Counted from the stretch's first letter, positions 8,888 to 19,940 are shown. The stretch: DNA of 64,000 nt from an uncultured Gammaproteobacteria bacterium (GCA_963764725.1 CAVXTM010000016.1:384001-448000), one strand, 5' to 3'. Made by a program: numbers and translations. The notes: generated by a model not told the origin, from the sequence alone.

Positions 8888-9800
8888 ACAGATCCATCCA
8901 AGGGCGCGAGCCCTGCTTCCAGGAGGCGAGGAATTTGAGCGCCTCTGCGCCCCCGATAGCCTCCAGGTATTCGGCGTGCGAGGGACAGCCATAGACGTAG
9001 GGCTGCAGGTAAAGATCACGAAATGCGGCCGCGCCGTCGCTCGCAAAGCGGTGGTACTCGGCGGTGTGCTGGCGATCGTAGGCATAGAACGGATAGCACG
9101 CGGTTGGGTGTGCTCCGTACGGGACCTCGGCCAACGCCGTGACGTAGAAATAGGGGATGGTCGTGCCCGCTTCCGTGAGCTGCTCGGGCGGCACGATCTT
9201 CTCAACCGTCGCGATCACCTTTTTAGATGCCTTGGCGAACAGGACGTCGGCGACGGGTGGCCCCTGGATCTGCAGATTGCCGTGCGCGTCGCCATAGTGA
9301 GCATGCAGAATCGCGACATCGGGCTGGAGCGCGGGCACGAGGACCAGCTCTTCCCCGGTGAACGGACAGAGTATGGTCTTGTAGTCCGGATCAATGTGCA
9401 TGAACCCCGTACCCCGCACCGAGCGGATAGGCATGAATGGCAGACCGGCAATCGCGGCGCGCAGCTGCTGCACCAGGGTATAACAACAGCTGTCCCGCAC
9501 CTCGACCGCCCCGGACTCGCAGGCGCGCCGATAATTAGGAGCCATCCCGAAGTCCTGTTCGAATCCCACGTAAGATTCGGCACTCACGGCCACGGCACCC
9601 GCCCCGCAGAGCAGGTCTACATCGATTCCATGCGCCGAGCCCACGAGCTTGAGGCCCTTGATCTGCTGCCGCACGAGCTCACGCAGAGCTGCCATGGGCT
9701 CGCGCCAGGACAGGCCACCGCCGATGGCAACGCAATCGCCCTCGCGTACGTGCGCGACCAAACTAGGGAGGTCACAGCGCTTGTCGGCTTGGGTGTACAT
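8880..9800 (-). CDS. CoA-transferase subunit A
   Basis: VAIGG..REPMAALRELVRQ, LRAAIAGLPFMP, CPFTGE, PDVAILHA..GDAHGN, VPYGAHPT. Confidence 0.9.
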   Translation of the reverse strand: MYTQADKRCDLPSLVAHVREGDCVAIGGGLSWREPMAALRELVRQQIKGLKLVGSAHGIDVDLLCGAGAVAVSAESYVGFEQDFGMAPNYRRACESGAVEVRDSCCYTLVQQLRAAIAGLPFMPIRSVRGTGFMHIDPDYKTILCPFTGEELVLVPALQPDVAILHAHYGDAHGNLQIQGPPVADVLFAKASKKVIATVEKIVPPEQLTEAGTTIPYFYVTALAEVPYGAHPTACYPFYAYDRQHTAEYHRFASDGAAAFRDLYLQPYVYGCPSHAEYLEAIGGAEALKFLASWKQGSRPWMDLYA

Positions 9801-9806
9801 CGCTGT

Positions 9807-10586
9807 TCAGATCGCGGTCATGCCGCCATCGACGCAAAAGACGGCACCGGATATGAAGCTGGCCTCGTCGGAGGCGAGGAACAGCGCGGCCTGCGCTATC
9901 TCCTCCGGTCGGCCAAACCGACCGATAGGGTATTTGGCCAGCTTCGCCTGGGTTTCTGCGGTAGTGTCGCGCTCCAGGATCTGTCGATCGAGAGCAGTGC
10001 CCGCCACTCTTCCCGGGCATAAGCAATTCACCCGAACGCCGAGGGCGGTGTAATCGGCTGCCATCTGCCTGGTGAGCCCGATGACCGCCGCCTTCGAAGC
10101 ACAGTAGGCGGCCATCCTCGGGAACCCAATGACGCCGGCTATGGAGGCGATGTTGATGATAGCTCCCCCGTGTTGCTTCATCTGTGACAGTACGGCTTGG
10201 GAGCACAAAAACGTCCCAGTGACGTTGACGGCCATGATGCGTTCCCAGGAATCGGCGGTGGCGTCCTCGACGCTGCCAAACTCCGCGATACCTGCATTGT
10301 TGACAAGCACGTGGACCATGCCGGCATCGTGAGTAATGATCTTCCCAAACGTCTCCGCGACGCCTCGCGCATCGGCCACATCGACGCAGAAGGCAGCGGC
10401 GTCCATCCCCTCTTTGCGCAGCTCGACTTCGGTCTTTTCGACCAATGGCCCATCGCGATCCAGAATCGACATACGCGCACCTTCGCGGCCAAACAGGCGG
10501 GCTATTGCAAGCCCAATCCCGGAACCACCCCCGGTAATGATCGCATTCTTATTGGCTAATCTCGCCGCCAGGCTCGGCTTCTCCAT
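9807..10586 (-). CDS. xecE: Short-chain dehydrogenase, 2-(S)-hydroxypropyl-CoM dehydrogenase-like (candidate hydroxyethyl-CoM dehydrogenase)
   Basis: TGGGSGIG, NNAG, YCASK. Segments MAAYC, LTRQMAADY, LAKYPIGRFG and VDGGMTAI match my recollection of Xanthobacter S-HPCDH. Confidence 0.75.
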   Translation of the reverse strand: MEKPSLAARLANKNAIITGGGSGIGLAIARLFGREGARMSILDRDGPLVEKTEVELRKEGMDAAAFCVDVADARGVAETFGKIITHDAGMVHVLVNNAGIAEFGSVEDATADSWERIMAVNVTGTFLCSQAVLSQMKQHGGAIINIASIAGVIGFPRMAAYCASKAAVIGLTRQMAADYTALGVRVNCLCPGRVAGTALDRQILERDTTAETQAKLAKYPIGRFGRPEEIAQAALFLASDEASFISGAVFCVDGGMTAI

Positions 10587-10590
10587 GAGT

Positions 10591-12159
<1,569 letters not shown>

Positions 12160-12239
12160 TCAAACAAGCGAGCGAAGAGTGGACTGGCCGCATTCGTTTC
12201 GTGAACCTCAACAGTCTCGACGGTGATTTAGCACCCGAA

Positions 12240-12455
12240 TTAATGGAGCCTCGCACCTCCCCCATTGCAACATGGGCAACCCGCCCCATGTCGCACTTCA
12301 AGCGGATGCGGAACAGGGACCGAGTCCGCGCGTATCTGTGCCCGATCCCCGCCGCACTGCGAGCAGATCCACTTCTCGGGCTCGCGGGTACCGGCGAAGA
12401 CCATGCCGCCAAAGCGATAGCCACAGTCGGGGCACAGGAGTTGATAGATCGGCAT
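12240..12455 (-). CDS. Small FmdB-type zinc-ribbon protein between xecA and xecC (xecB position)
   Basis: MPIYQLLCPDCG...ICSQCGG...HPLE...GCPCC, 71 aa. Confidence 0.8.
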   Translation of the reverse strand: MPIYQLLCPDCGYRFGGMVFAGTREPEKWICSQCGGDRAQIRADSVPVPHPLEVRHGAGCPCCNGGGARLH

Positions 12456-12499
12456 CGTGTGATACTTACGCGAAACCCGACATTGGACGGGTTGACGCG

Positions 12500-13618
12500 T
12501 CAAGCGGCCTTCTTGCCCAGCTCCGCCCGCACCAACTCTGTCCCCTGCACTAACGCGTGCAGCTTGTCGATGGCAATGTAGCGCTGCAGCAGGATCAGAC
12601 CGCAGTCGGTCGTGACCCCGAGACGCTGGGCCGGTACCACCTGCAAAAGCCGCCGGATCCGATCCGCGACCTGCTCTGCAGTTTCCGTGATCGTGCTCTT
12701 GACATCGATTACTCCCGCCCAGAAACAGACATTGTCTGGCAGCGGGTGGGCCTTCATGATCTCGAGGCCGCTCATATCGTCGCTCCGGCGGCCACAGTTC
12801 TCGAGATTCAAGACATTGATGCGCGCTTGGTAGGCCTTCGGCACCACGGAGCCTGTGGCCGCGGGTTCCTTGCCGCGTCGCTTGCTCAGGTCGAAGATCT
12901 CGCCCGCCTTAGCCGTATCGTCCGGCAAGTAAGCTGGTGTGCCTCCCCAGTTTCCCCAACACACATGGACGACGATCTGGGCATTCTTGACGCCCTCCAC
13001 GGCGCGATTGAATGCCTCGACTGCCCAATTTTCAAATCCGTAGGGCCAGGTAAACTCGTCTAACTGAATAAAATCGACGCCGAGGGCATCCACTTCCCGC
13101 AGGTCTTCATTGATCGCCGCGGCAATCGCCATGGCCCGATCACGTGAGGATTTGTAATGCAGGTCATTGGTCGCCTGAGCCAGGACCTGAATACCGGTGT
13201 ATTGGATCTTGATAGGCTTCCGGGTCGCTCGCTTCAGTGCCCGCGCCTGTTCCACCATAATGGCGCCGCGCCGTTTGACTTCTTGGTCCAAGGTCCCGGC
13301 GTGCAGGCGGCTGTAGATGGGAAAGCCAAGATAACCGCCCTTGAGGTTATATCCCAGGCGCCGGTAGTAGTAATAGACTGCCTGGTCGGCATAGTTGTCG
13401 CCGTGCACCCGCCCGTCAGCGATGATGTCGAGCCCAGCGTTCTCTTGGTCCCTGGCGATGGCCGCGACCGCATCCTCCAAGGCCTCGCGCATCAGGGCAT
13501 CCGGGGGTTCTTGGTCGCCGGTAAAGTCCCGCGCAAACTCGGCGTCCCACCATCTCGGATTCGGGTAGTTTCCCACCATGCTGGTCGGGATAAGTATTTC
13601 TTGATTACGAATTTTCAC
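12500..13618 (-). CDS. xecA: Epoxyalkane:coenzyme M transferase (2-hydroxypropyl-CoM lyase)
   Basis: MetE C-terminal-like fold with Zn ligands HVCWGN and TDCG. PTSMVGNYPNPRWWD and GYLGFPIYSRLHAG match recalled XecA. RBS AGGAGG precedes the GTG. Confidence 0.93.
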   Translation of the reverse strand: MKIRNQEILIPTSMVGNYPNPRWWDAEFARDFTGDQEPPDALMREALEDAVAAIARDQENAGLDIIADGRVHGDNYADQAVYYYYRRLGYNLKGGYLGFPIYSRLHAGTLDQEVKRRGAIMVEQARALKRATRKPIKIQYTGIQVLAQATNDLHYKSSRDRAMAIAAAINEDLREVDALGVDFIQLDEFTWPYGFENWAVEAFNRAVEGVKNAQIVVHVCWGNWGGTPAYLPDDTAKAGEIFDLSKRRGKEPAATGSVVPKAYQARINVLNLENCGRRSDDMSGLEIMKAHPLPDNVCFWAGVIDVKSTITETAEQVADRIRRLLQVVPAQRLGVTTDCGLILLQRYIAIDKLHALVQGTELVRAELGKKAA

Positions 13619-13649
13619 CGTTGTCTCCTCCTCCTAGGACAGCTCACCT

Positions 13650-13712
13650 ATGGTCATCCAAGCGGCAGGGATTTGCAAGGACTAGTATTTGTTTATCTTT
13701 GTTATTCTTCGC
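13650..13712 (-). promoter_or_regulatory. Candidate xecA promoter with AT-rich ATAACA/ATAAACA direct repeat upstream of a TTGCAA -35
   Basis: Minus strand reads gaATAACAaagATAAACAaatactagtccTTGCAA-N17-GACCAT. Confidence 0.4.
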
Positions 13713-13741
13713 TAATCAGATTGACTGGACCGTTTTGCGAG

Positions 13742-14551
13742 CTACGGTCCCAGGGTTTCGACACTGCTAAGCCCAGCGACCAGCCGGTCCGGCAACTGGA
13801 TGCGTGGGTGGAGGCACAGGGATTCGAAGATGGTCACAGCCGGAAACGCTTCTAGCGAATACTGGCAGACGATAGTCACTCCCGGAAGCCGGCGTAGCTG
13901 TGCATCGAGCTGCGCCTCATAGCTTAGGAGCTGCTCGTAGCCCGGCGCACCGCGCGTCGCCCATGACATCTCACCGGTCAACAAGAGCCGCATAGCGTTC
14001 TTCTTTCGAGCCCGAGCGATCTCAGTCTCCCAAAAGCGGAGCATGCGAGCGGAATCGAAAGACCCGTTACGCAGATAGGACTTCGACGCTGGAATTAAGC
14101 GGAGTAAACCTCGTGAGATTGAGGACGCAGCCTCCAAGCCTTCGGAACGGAGCCAGGCGTGTACCCGGGCTTCCCCATCTTCCCCATCGCAGAGATAGAC
14201 CGTAGCGGTCCCGGGACGGAGATGCGACAACAGGTACGGCGCGAGTAACCGCCACTGCTGTTCAACGGTCTTGAAGTTTATGCAAACATGCTGCGGGAGT
14301 TTCTCCCGCATCGCGGTTGTCAGCGACTCCGCTGCCGGCGCGGTTAGCGGGTTGGGGTGCAGGATCTCGGCGCCAGGAGGCGAGCGCACAAACGCTAACA
14401 GATGATCCAGCTTGAAGCGGCGTTCATGGCGGTGGCCGACGCGATAGCAAGGCAGTTTTCCGTTAGCCGTCCAGCGACGTAGCGAGGTTTTGCTAACCTT
14501 TAAGAATGCGGCTGCTTCGTTGATAGTTAGGAATCCCTGGGGGTCTGGCAT
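13742..14551 (-). CDS. Transcriptional regulator: excisionase-type HTH + MEDS (DcmR-like) sensor domain
   Basis: LTINEAAAFLKVSKTSLRRW...YRVG...ERRF, then HVC..F, SYL..GSFD, LTGEMSWA, LLSYEA.L, IVCQY, LHP. Confidence 0.88.
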   Translation of the reverse strand: MPDPQGFLTINEAAAFLKVSKTSLRRWTANGKLPCYRVGHRHERRFKLDHLLAFVRSPPGAEILHPNPLTAPAAESLTTAMREKLPQHVCINFKTVEQQWRLLAPYLLSHLRPGTATVYLCDGEDGEARVHAWLRSEGLEAASSISRGLLRLIPASKSYLRNGSFDSARMLRFWETEIARARKKNAMRLLLTGEMSWATRGAPGYEQLLSYEAQLDAQLRRLPGVTIVCQYSLEAFPAVTIFESLCLHPRIQLPDRLVAGLSSVETLGP

Positions 14552-14560
14552 ATCTACAGG

Positions 14561-15973
14561 TCACTTTCCGTATTTGTCCCAGTGGCCTCGGAAGAGGGTT
14601 TGCTCGCTGATCACGCGTGCCTGGATCGGCCGCGAGACCCAGGTCAAGTTGATAAAGTGTCTGGCATTGACGTTTTCGGTGGTGATATTACCACCCCACG
14701 TGCCACAGCTTAGGCTTAGGGTATAGGGAAGCCCATTTCTGGGGCTACCGGCACCCTCGTTGAGATTCTGATTGACCAGGATCCGCCCAGTCTTAGTTCC
14801 GTAAGCCAACGCCATCACATGCTCATCCGAGCGCGTGTGAATCCCGCACGTGTGACCGCGTCCCTGATAATTAGTAATCGTGTTGACCAGTTTGACCGCA
14901 TTCTGGATCCCTCCTTCGTAGCGGTACAGCGCTAACACGACCGATAATTTTTCGCCCGAGAAGGGATACTCAGGCCCCACTCCGCTCTCCTCTACCACGA
15001 GGAAACTTCGGTCACCCGGCATCGTGATGCCCGCCATACGCGCGATCTGCCCCGCAGCTTTTGCAATCACAGCGACAGAGGGAATCGATGAAGCGGGATC
15101 CGGCCACATGAGCCTTTGCAGGTTGGCCTTTTCGTTCGAGTTGCACACATAAGCGCCGTTGGCAACCAAGGTCGCGGTCAAGTCATCGTAGATTTCTGCG
15201 GCGGCGACTACGGCATTGTCGGCAAGGCAACTGGTCGCACAGTCAAAGGTCTTTGCCGTCGCGATCGCTCGCGCTGCGTCCTCGAGGTCCGCGGTCTCAT
15301 CAACGACATGGACGGTGTTCCCCACACCCACCCCGTACGCCGGGGTCCCAGAACTGTAAGCGGCCTTGACCATCCCCTCCCCGCCAGTCGCAACGATCAG
15401 ATCGGCCTGGCGCATGAGCTCTTGGGTCTTGACCAGCGATGGCTTGTCGACGATCTGGACGAGATCGGCCGGGGCGCCGACCTGCTCGCAGGCTTCGCGC
15501 ATGTACTGAACCGCTAGCGCCGTGGTCTTCTGGGTGCGCGGGTGGGCAGCGATGACGATGGCGTTACGCCCTTTCAGGACCAACAAGGCCTTAAGCGGTG
15601 GCGTTGCATCGGGTCCAGTCGTGGGAATCAGGGCAGCGACCACCCCGACCGGTTTAGCGATCTTGACCAGTCCTCGCTCGGCAATCTCCTCGACAAGGCC
15701 GACCGTCTTGACGTTCGCGATATCCGCCAATGTACCCATGATGCGATTTCGAATCTTGGTCACTTTGTCGTGATAGTTTCCGAAACCGCCTTCATCCACC
15801 GCGAGCTTTGCCAGGGCCTCGGCCCGCTCCTGGCGCACCACTGACCAGGCCACCGCCGCGGTCAGATCATCGACCTGTTGCTGGGAGTATCCCTCGATGG
15901 CCTCATGAGCCCGTCTTGCTCGTCTGACCAAGTCCCCGATGACAACGGCTGTGTTCGTATTCTCAGAACTCAA
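14561..15973 (-). CDS. CoA-acylating aldehyde dehydrogenase (SauS/EutE-like)
   Basis: AKPVGVVAALIPTT, KGRNAI, ATGG..MVKAAYSSGTPAYGVGVGN, catalytic TSC, SGEKLS, GHTCGIH, LSCGTWGGN. TTG start. Confidence 0.88.
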   Translation of the reverse strand: MSSENTNTAVVIGDLVRRARRAHEAIEGYSQQQVDDLTAAVAWSVVRQERAEALAKLAVDEGGFGNYHDKVTKIRNRIMGTLADIANVKTVGLVEEIAERGLVKIAKPVGVVAALIPTTGPDATPPLKALLVLKGRNAIVIAAHPRTQKTTALAVQYMREACEQVGAPADLVQIVDKPSLVKTQELMRQADLIVATGGEGMVKAAYSSGTPAYGVGVGNTVHVVDETADLEDAARAIATAKTFDCATSCLADNAVVAAAEIYDDLTATLVANGAYVCNSNEKANLQRLMWPDPASSIPSVAVIAKAAGQIARMAGITMPGDRSFLVVEESGVGPEYPFSGEKLSVVLALYRYEGGIQNAVKLVNTITNYQGRGHTCGIHTRSDEHVMALAYGTKTGRILVNQNLNEGAGSPRNGLPYTLSLSCGTWGGNITTENVNARHFINLTWVSRPIQARVISEQTLFRGHWDKYGK

Positions 15974-16000
15974 CGATCCGGCCCTCAGAATCTCGCCCTA

Positions 16001-16043
16001 TAGCATTACTCATAACATAGCATTGTTATACTTTATTCGTCAA
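16001..16043 (-). promoter_or_regulatory. Candidate sigma70 promoter (TTGACG-N18-TATGTT with TG extension) overlapped by palindrome ATAACA-N6-TGTTAT
   Basis: AT-rich island upstream of the aldehyde dehydrogenase. Palindrome at 16012-16029; TAGCATT direct repeat at 16001 and 16018. Confidence 0.55.
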
Positions 16044-16178
16044 AGGTAAGCCGTGGTTCTGTCGATAACAGATGCCCGAGCTTGAGATGCTTTAGTACGC
16101 AGGTACGTTCAAGCGCTTTTGTTGCAGGTTCGAGATGCGACCACGTTGGCGGCCAGGCCACAGCAGCTAAAAAGTGAC

Positions 16179-17789
16179 CTACAGGGCCATATAAGAATTC
16201 ATGCGCCCGACCGACCTTTCACGAATCAGATCCGCTGCCTTCTCGGCGATCATGATCGTTGGCGCATTGGTGTTACCGCTCACGATCGCCGGCATGATCG
16301 ACCCGTCCACGACTCGCAATGCCTCGATTCCGCGCACTCGCAGATAGGGATCGACGACCGCCATCTCGTCGTTGCCCATCTTGCACGTACCGACAGGGTG
16401 CCAAGTGGTAGAGGCGGTACGCCTCACGAAGGACTCGATGTCCGCGTCGCTTCTCAAGCTCACGCCCGGCGCTATCTCCTCGCCGCGGATGTCGTCAAAT
16501 GCTTTGGAATACAGAATTCTGAGGTTCCAGCGCACGCCGGCGACGGCACATCTTACGTCGTCAGGTACGCTCAAGTAGTTGGGGTTGATAATCGGCCGAT
16601 CGAGAGGATCGGACGAGGCGAGTGTGATCTCGCCACGGCTTAGCGGTCGATTAATGTAGGAGGTAAACGTAACGCCATGCCGTTTTGGTGGCCCGGCTTC
16701 GGGGTAATCAGGAGAGAGGGTCATCAGAAAAAATAGCTGTAGTCCCGGATACGCCTCTTGCGCCTCGCTTCTGACGAACGCTCCTGCCTCAAGGAAGTTC
16801 GAGCCGAGCGCGCCGCTTCGATTCGCTTCGTATTCCCGAAGTGCGGCTGCCTTTAGTTTATCCGGGAGCGGAGCAAAGGTGAGCGGTTGCGTGATCTCGC
16901 ACCGCACCCGGGCGTGGAGGTGGTCCTGTAGATTCTGGCCCACGCCCGGGAGATCCTGGCGAACGTCGATACTCAGCCGCTGAAGGGCGGTATTTGGCCC
17001 GATACCGGAAAGCATCAGTAACTGCGGCGAACGGAAAGCGCCGGCTGACACAATGACCTCACAAGCAGCGTGCGCTTTCTCCACGGCCCCAAAGCGAAAA
17101 TATTCGACTCCCACTGCGCGGGTTCCGCTGAAATGTAGCCTCGTCGCATAGGCGTGTGTCAGGACGGTCAGATTCGGACGCGAGCGCGCCGGGTGCAGGT
17201 ATGCAACAGCGGTGCTGCATCGGGCACGGTTCGCGAGCGTTGCCTGTAAGGGACCGCACCCTTCCTGAAGCTCGCCGTTGAAGTCCGGGTTGAACGGAAT
17301 TCCAATTTCTTGGGCGGCGGCTAGATAGCACGCAACGAGAGCGTTAGAAGAAGGATGGCTTTCCACCAGGAGCGGACCCGCTGTACCGTGATATCGGTTG
17401 GAGATGGCTTGATTGTTCTCGGCTTTCACAAAGTACGGTAAGACGTCATCGTAGCCCCAACCATCGTTTCCACTGCGACACCATTGATCGTAGTCACCGC
17501 GGTTTCCGCGGATGTAGATCATGTAATTAATGGCGCTCGATCCTCCGAGCACCCTGCCTTGAGGCACAAAGATACGGCGTCCGTCTAAATGTGCTTGGGG
17601 AATCGTTCGATCAGCCCAGTCGTAGGGGCTATCTTGCAGCTGTCCGTAGAATGCCGGTGTCCGGATCAACGGCGAGTCGTCCTCGCCGCCGGCTTCGAGC
17701 AAAAGCACCCGACAAGCGGGATCTTCCGTCAACCTGCTTGCTAACACGCAACCGGCCGATCCTGCGCCGATGATGACGTAGTCAAACAT
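16179..17789 (-). CDS. GMC family FAD oxidoreductase (choline dehydrogenase-like)
   Basis: DYVIIGAGSAG, GRVLGGSSAIN, VGQNLQDH, WHPVGTCKMG, SGNTNAP. Confidence 0.93.
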   Translation of the reverse strand: MFDYVIIGAGSAGCVLASRLTEDPACRVLLLEAGGEDDSPLIRTPAFYGQLQDSPYDWADRTIPQAHLDGRRIFVPQGRVLGGSSAINYMIYIRGNRGDYDQWCRSGNDGWGYDDVLPYFVKAENNQAISNRYHGTAGPLLVESHPSSNALVACYLAAAQEIGIPFNPDFNGELQEGCGPLQATLANRARCSTAVAYLHPARSRPNLTVLTHAYATRLHFSGTRAVGVEYFRFGAVEKAHAACEVIVSAGAFRSPQLLMLSGIGPNTALQRLSIDVRQDLPGVGQNLQDHLHARVRCEITQPLTFAPLPDKLKAAALREYEANRSGALGSNFLEAGAFVRSEAQEAYPGLQLFFLMTLSPDYPEAGPPKRHGVTFTSYINRPLSRGEITLASSDPLDRPIINPNYLSVPDDVRCAVAGVRWNLRILYSKAFDDIRGEEIAPGVSLRSDADIESFVRRTASTTWHPVGTCKMGNDEMAVVDPYLRVRGIEALRVVDGSIMPAIVSGNTNAPTIMIAEKAADLIRERSVGRMNSYMAL

Positions 17790-17936
17790 AGGCTCCTGGC
17801 AGTTCTAAAGAACGAGAGACGTGTTTTTTAGCACGTGTATTAGGCGAAATCCAAGTCTAGGCCGCCACGGCTCGAGACGACTTTCCTGCAGAAAGACGCA
17901 GAAAGGGAGGCAGGCGGTGGCCGGGGCGTTGGCCTG

Positions 17937-19706
17937 CTAGATGGGCTCGGCGGCATCGGACTCGAACAGGCTGCGCAGCTCATCGGCCGCCTGCTTCGCG
18001 CTCTGGATGAGGGCGGTCTCATCGTGGTAGATCGCATGCTGGCGTTTCAGCAGAGCCTCGTCGTAGTCGCGGAACGTCCTCACCGTTCGTTCTCCCTCCG
18101 CTCTCGCTACACCTAATCCGCAAAGAACCTCGCGCGCCATCTCCAGGCTGGAGAGATAGGTGTCGCGATACAGCACCTCGACCTTCAGATCCATGAGCTT
18201 GTGACAGTGAAAGCGGTTGCGCGCACGCGCGTAGATGGGAACACGCGGGAAGTGCTTGCGCAACACGCTCGCGATCTTGACGGAGGTCTCGATGTTATCG
18301 ATGGCGAGCACGAAGAGCTTCGTGTTCTCGACCTTGGCCGCGCGCAGCAGCTCCAAGCGGGAGGCATCGCCGTAGTAGATCTTGCTGCCGAACTTGCGCA
18401 CGAAGTCGACCTGGGGCTGACTGATCTCGAGCGCGGTGAACGCGATGCCGCACATGCGCAGGATCCGGGCGATGATCTGGCCGAAGCGCCCGAAGCCGGC
18501 GATGACCACCGGGTTGGCAGGCTCGTCGATGCGGTCGTATTCGGGCTCCTCGTGTCGCGCGGCCCAGGGCTTGAGCAGCTTGTCGTTTATTAAAAAGAGT
18601 ACCGGGGCGAGCACCATCGCCAGGGTGATGACCATCACCAGCGTCTCGGCCGTCTCGGCGGCAACGATGCGATGGTCACGAGCAAGGCTGAACAGCACGA
18701 AGGCGAACTCCCCGCCCGCTGCGAGCGCGATGCCGAGGTTGCGGGCGGCATCGCTACCGCCGCCGGCCAGCCTGCCGATGAGATAGAGGACAGTGAACTT
18801 GATGAGAATGAGCACGGTAGCGAGGCCGATGAGCAGCAGCCCTTGCTCCCGTATAAGGCCGAGATTTACCGACATCCCGACGGCGATGAAGAAAAGACCG
18901 AGCAACAAGCCCTTGAACGGCTCCAGTTCAGCCTCGATCTCATGGCGGAACTCCGAGTCGGCAAGCAGCACGCCCGCGAGGAAGGCGCCCAGTGACATCG
19001 AGAGCCCGAGGGTGTGCATGAGCAGCGCGGTCCCGACGACCACCAGCAGTGCCGCCGCAGTGAAGATCTCGCGGGTGCCAAAGCGGGCCACGCTGCGGAA
19101 CGCCAGTCGCAGCAACTGGCGGCCGACGACCACCATCGCCACGATCACCGCCAGCGCACGCATGATCCCAAGCCAGTCTACACCCTTCTGCGACAGGTCC
19201 GGGCCGACTGCCAAGAGCGGCACGATGGCCAGCACCGGGATCACAGCGAGGTCCTGGAACAGCAGGATAGCAAACGAATCGCGCCCGTGCCGCGTGGTCA
19301 GCTCGCCACGCTCCGCCAGTGTCTGCAACACGAACGCAGTGGAGGACATGGCAGCCCCCACGCCAATCACGACCGCTGCCAGCCAGCCTTGCCCCATGGC
19401 CGCGGCAAGCAGGGCGATCGGCAGGGCACTTAGCAGGAGCTGGGCGCTGCCCAGACCGAATACGGTGCGGCGTAGGACCCAGAGTCGCGAGGGTTGCAGC
19501 TCCAGTCCGATGATGAACAGCAGCAGCACTACGCCGAGCTCGGAGAAGTGCAGCGTGTTCTCGACATCGCTCACGAGCTCGAGACCCCACGGGCCAATGA
19601 GCATGCCGGCGATCAGATAGCCGAGGACGGTTCCGAGGCCAAGCCCCTTGAAGAGCGGGACGATGAGCACCGTTGCGGCTAGGAAGATCGCGATTTGTTC
19701 TAGCAT
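17937..19706 (-). CDS. KefB/KefC-type CPA2 K+ efflux antiporter with KTN domain
   Basis: ELGVVLLLFIIGLEL, LLFQD, FRHEIEAELEPFKGLLLGLFF, IAGFGRFGQ, YYGDA. Confidence 0.92.
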   Translation of the reverse strand: MLEQIAIFLAATVLIVPLFKGLGLGTVLGYLIAGMLIGPWGLELVSDVENTLHFSELGVVLLLFIIGLELQPSRLWVLRRTVFGLGSAQLLLSALPIALLAAAMGQGWLAAVVIGVGAAMSSTAFVLQTLAERGELTTRHGRDSFAILLFQDLAVIPVLAIVPLLAVGPDLSQKGVDWLGIMRALAVIVAMVVVGRQLLRLAFRSVARFGTREIFTAAALLVVVGTALLMHTLGLSMSLGAFLAGVLLADSEFRHEIEAELEPFKGLLLGLFFIAVGMSVNLGLIREQGLLLIGLATVLILIKFTVLYLIGRLAGGGSDAARNLGIALAAGGEFAFVLFSLARDHRIVAAETAETLVMVITLAMVLAPVLFLINDKLLKPWAARHEEPEYDRIDEPANPVVIAGFGRFGQIIARILRMCGIAFTALEISQPQVDFVRKFGSKIYYGDASRLELLRAAKVENTKLFVLAIDNIETSVKIASVLRKHFPRVPIYARARNRFHCHKLMDLKVEVLYRDTYLSSLEMAREVLCGLGVARAEGERTVRTFRDYDEALLKRQHAIYHDETALIQSAKQAADELRSLFESDAAEPI

Positions 19707-19802
19707 GAGGGTTATGGTCAGTTGTGTGGATGGCGATCGTTGCAGGAACAGCGCCCTGCGCCGCGGCCACTCGTTAGGTCCGTGGCGGCAATGTTGTGAT
19801 GT

Positions 19803-19919
19803 TTATAGGATGGTGCGGACAATGCCGCCTTCGGCGGCCAGCGTTTCTGCGATGGCTGGGCCGATGCTTCCGGAGGAGGCGCTGACGAGAGCGAGTTTGT
19901 TGTGAAGCTGAAGATCCAT
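19803..19919 (-). pseudogene. Internally deleted SDR oxidoreductase (N-terminus joined to C-terminus)
   Basis: 38 aa MDLQLHNKLALVSASSGSIGPAIAETLAAEG|GIVRTIL*. Confidence 0.7.
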
Positions 19920-19940
19920 GATGGTTCTTGTGGTTGAGGG

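Noticed and set aside
12500-13618. Cobalamin-independent methionine synthase
   Set aside because: Same fold, but the sequence and CoM-gene context match epoxyalkane:CoM transferase.
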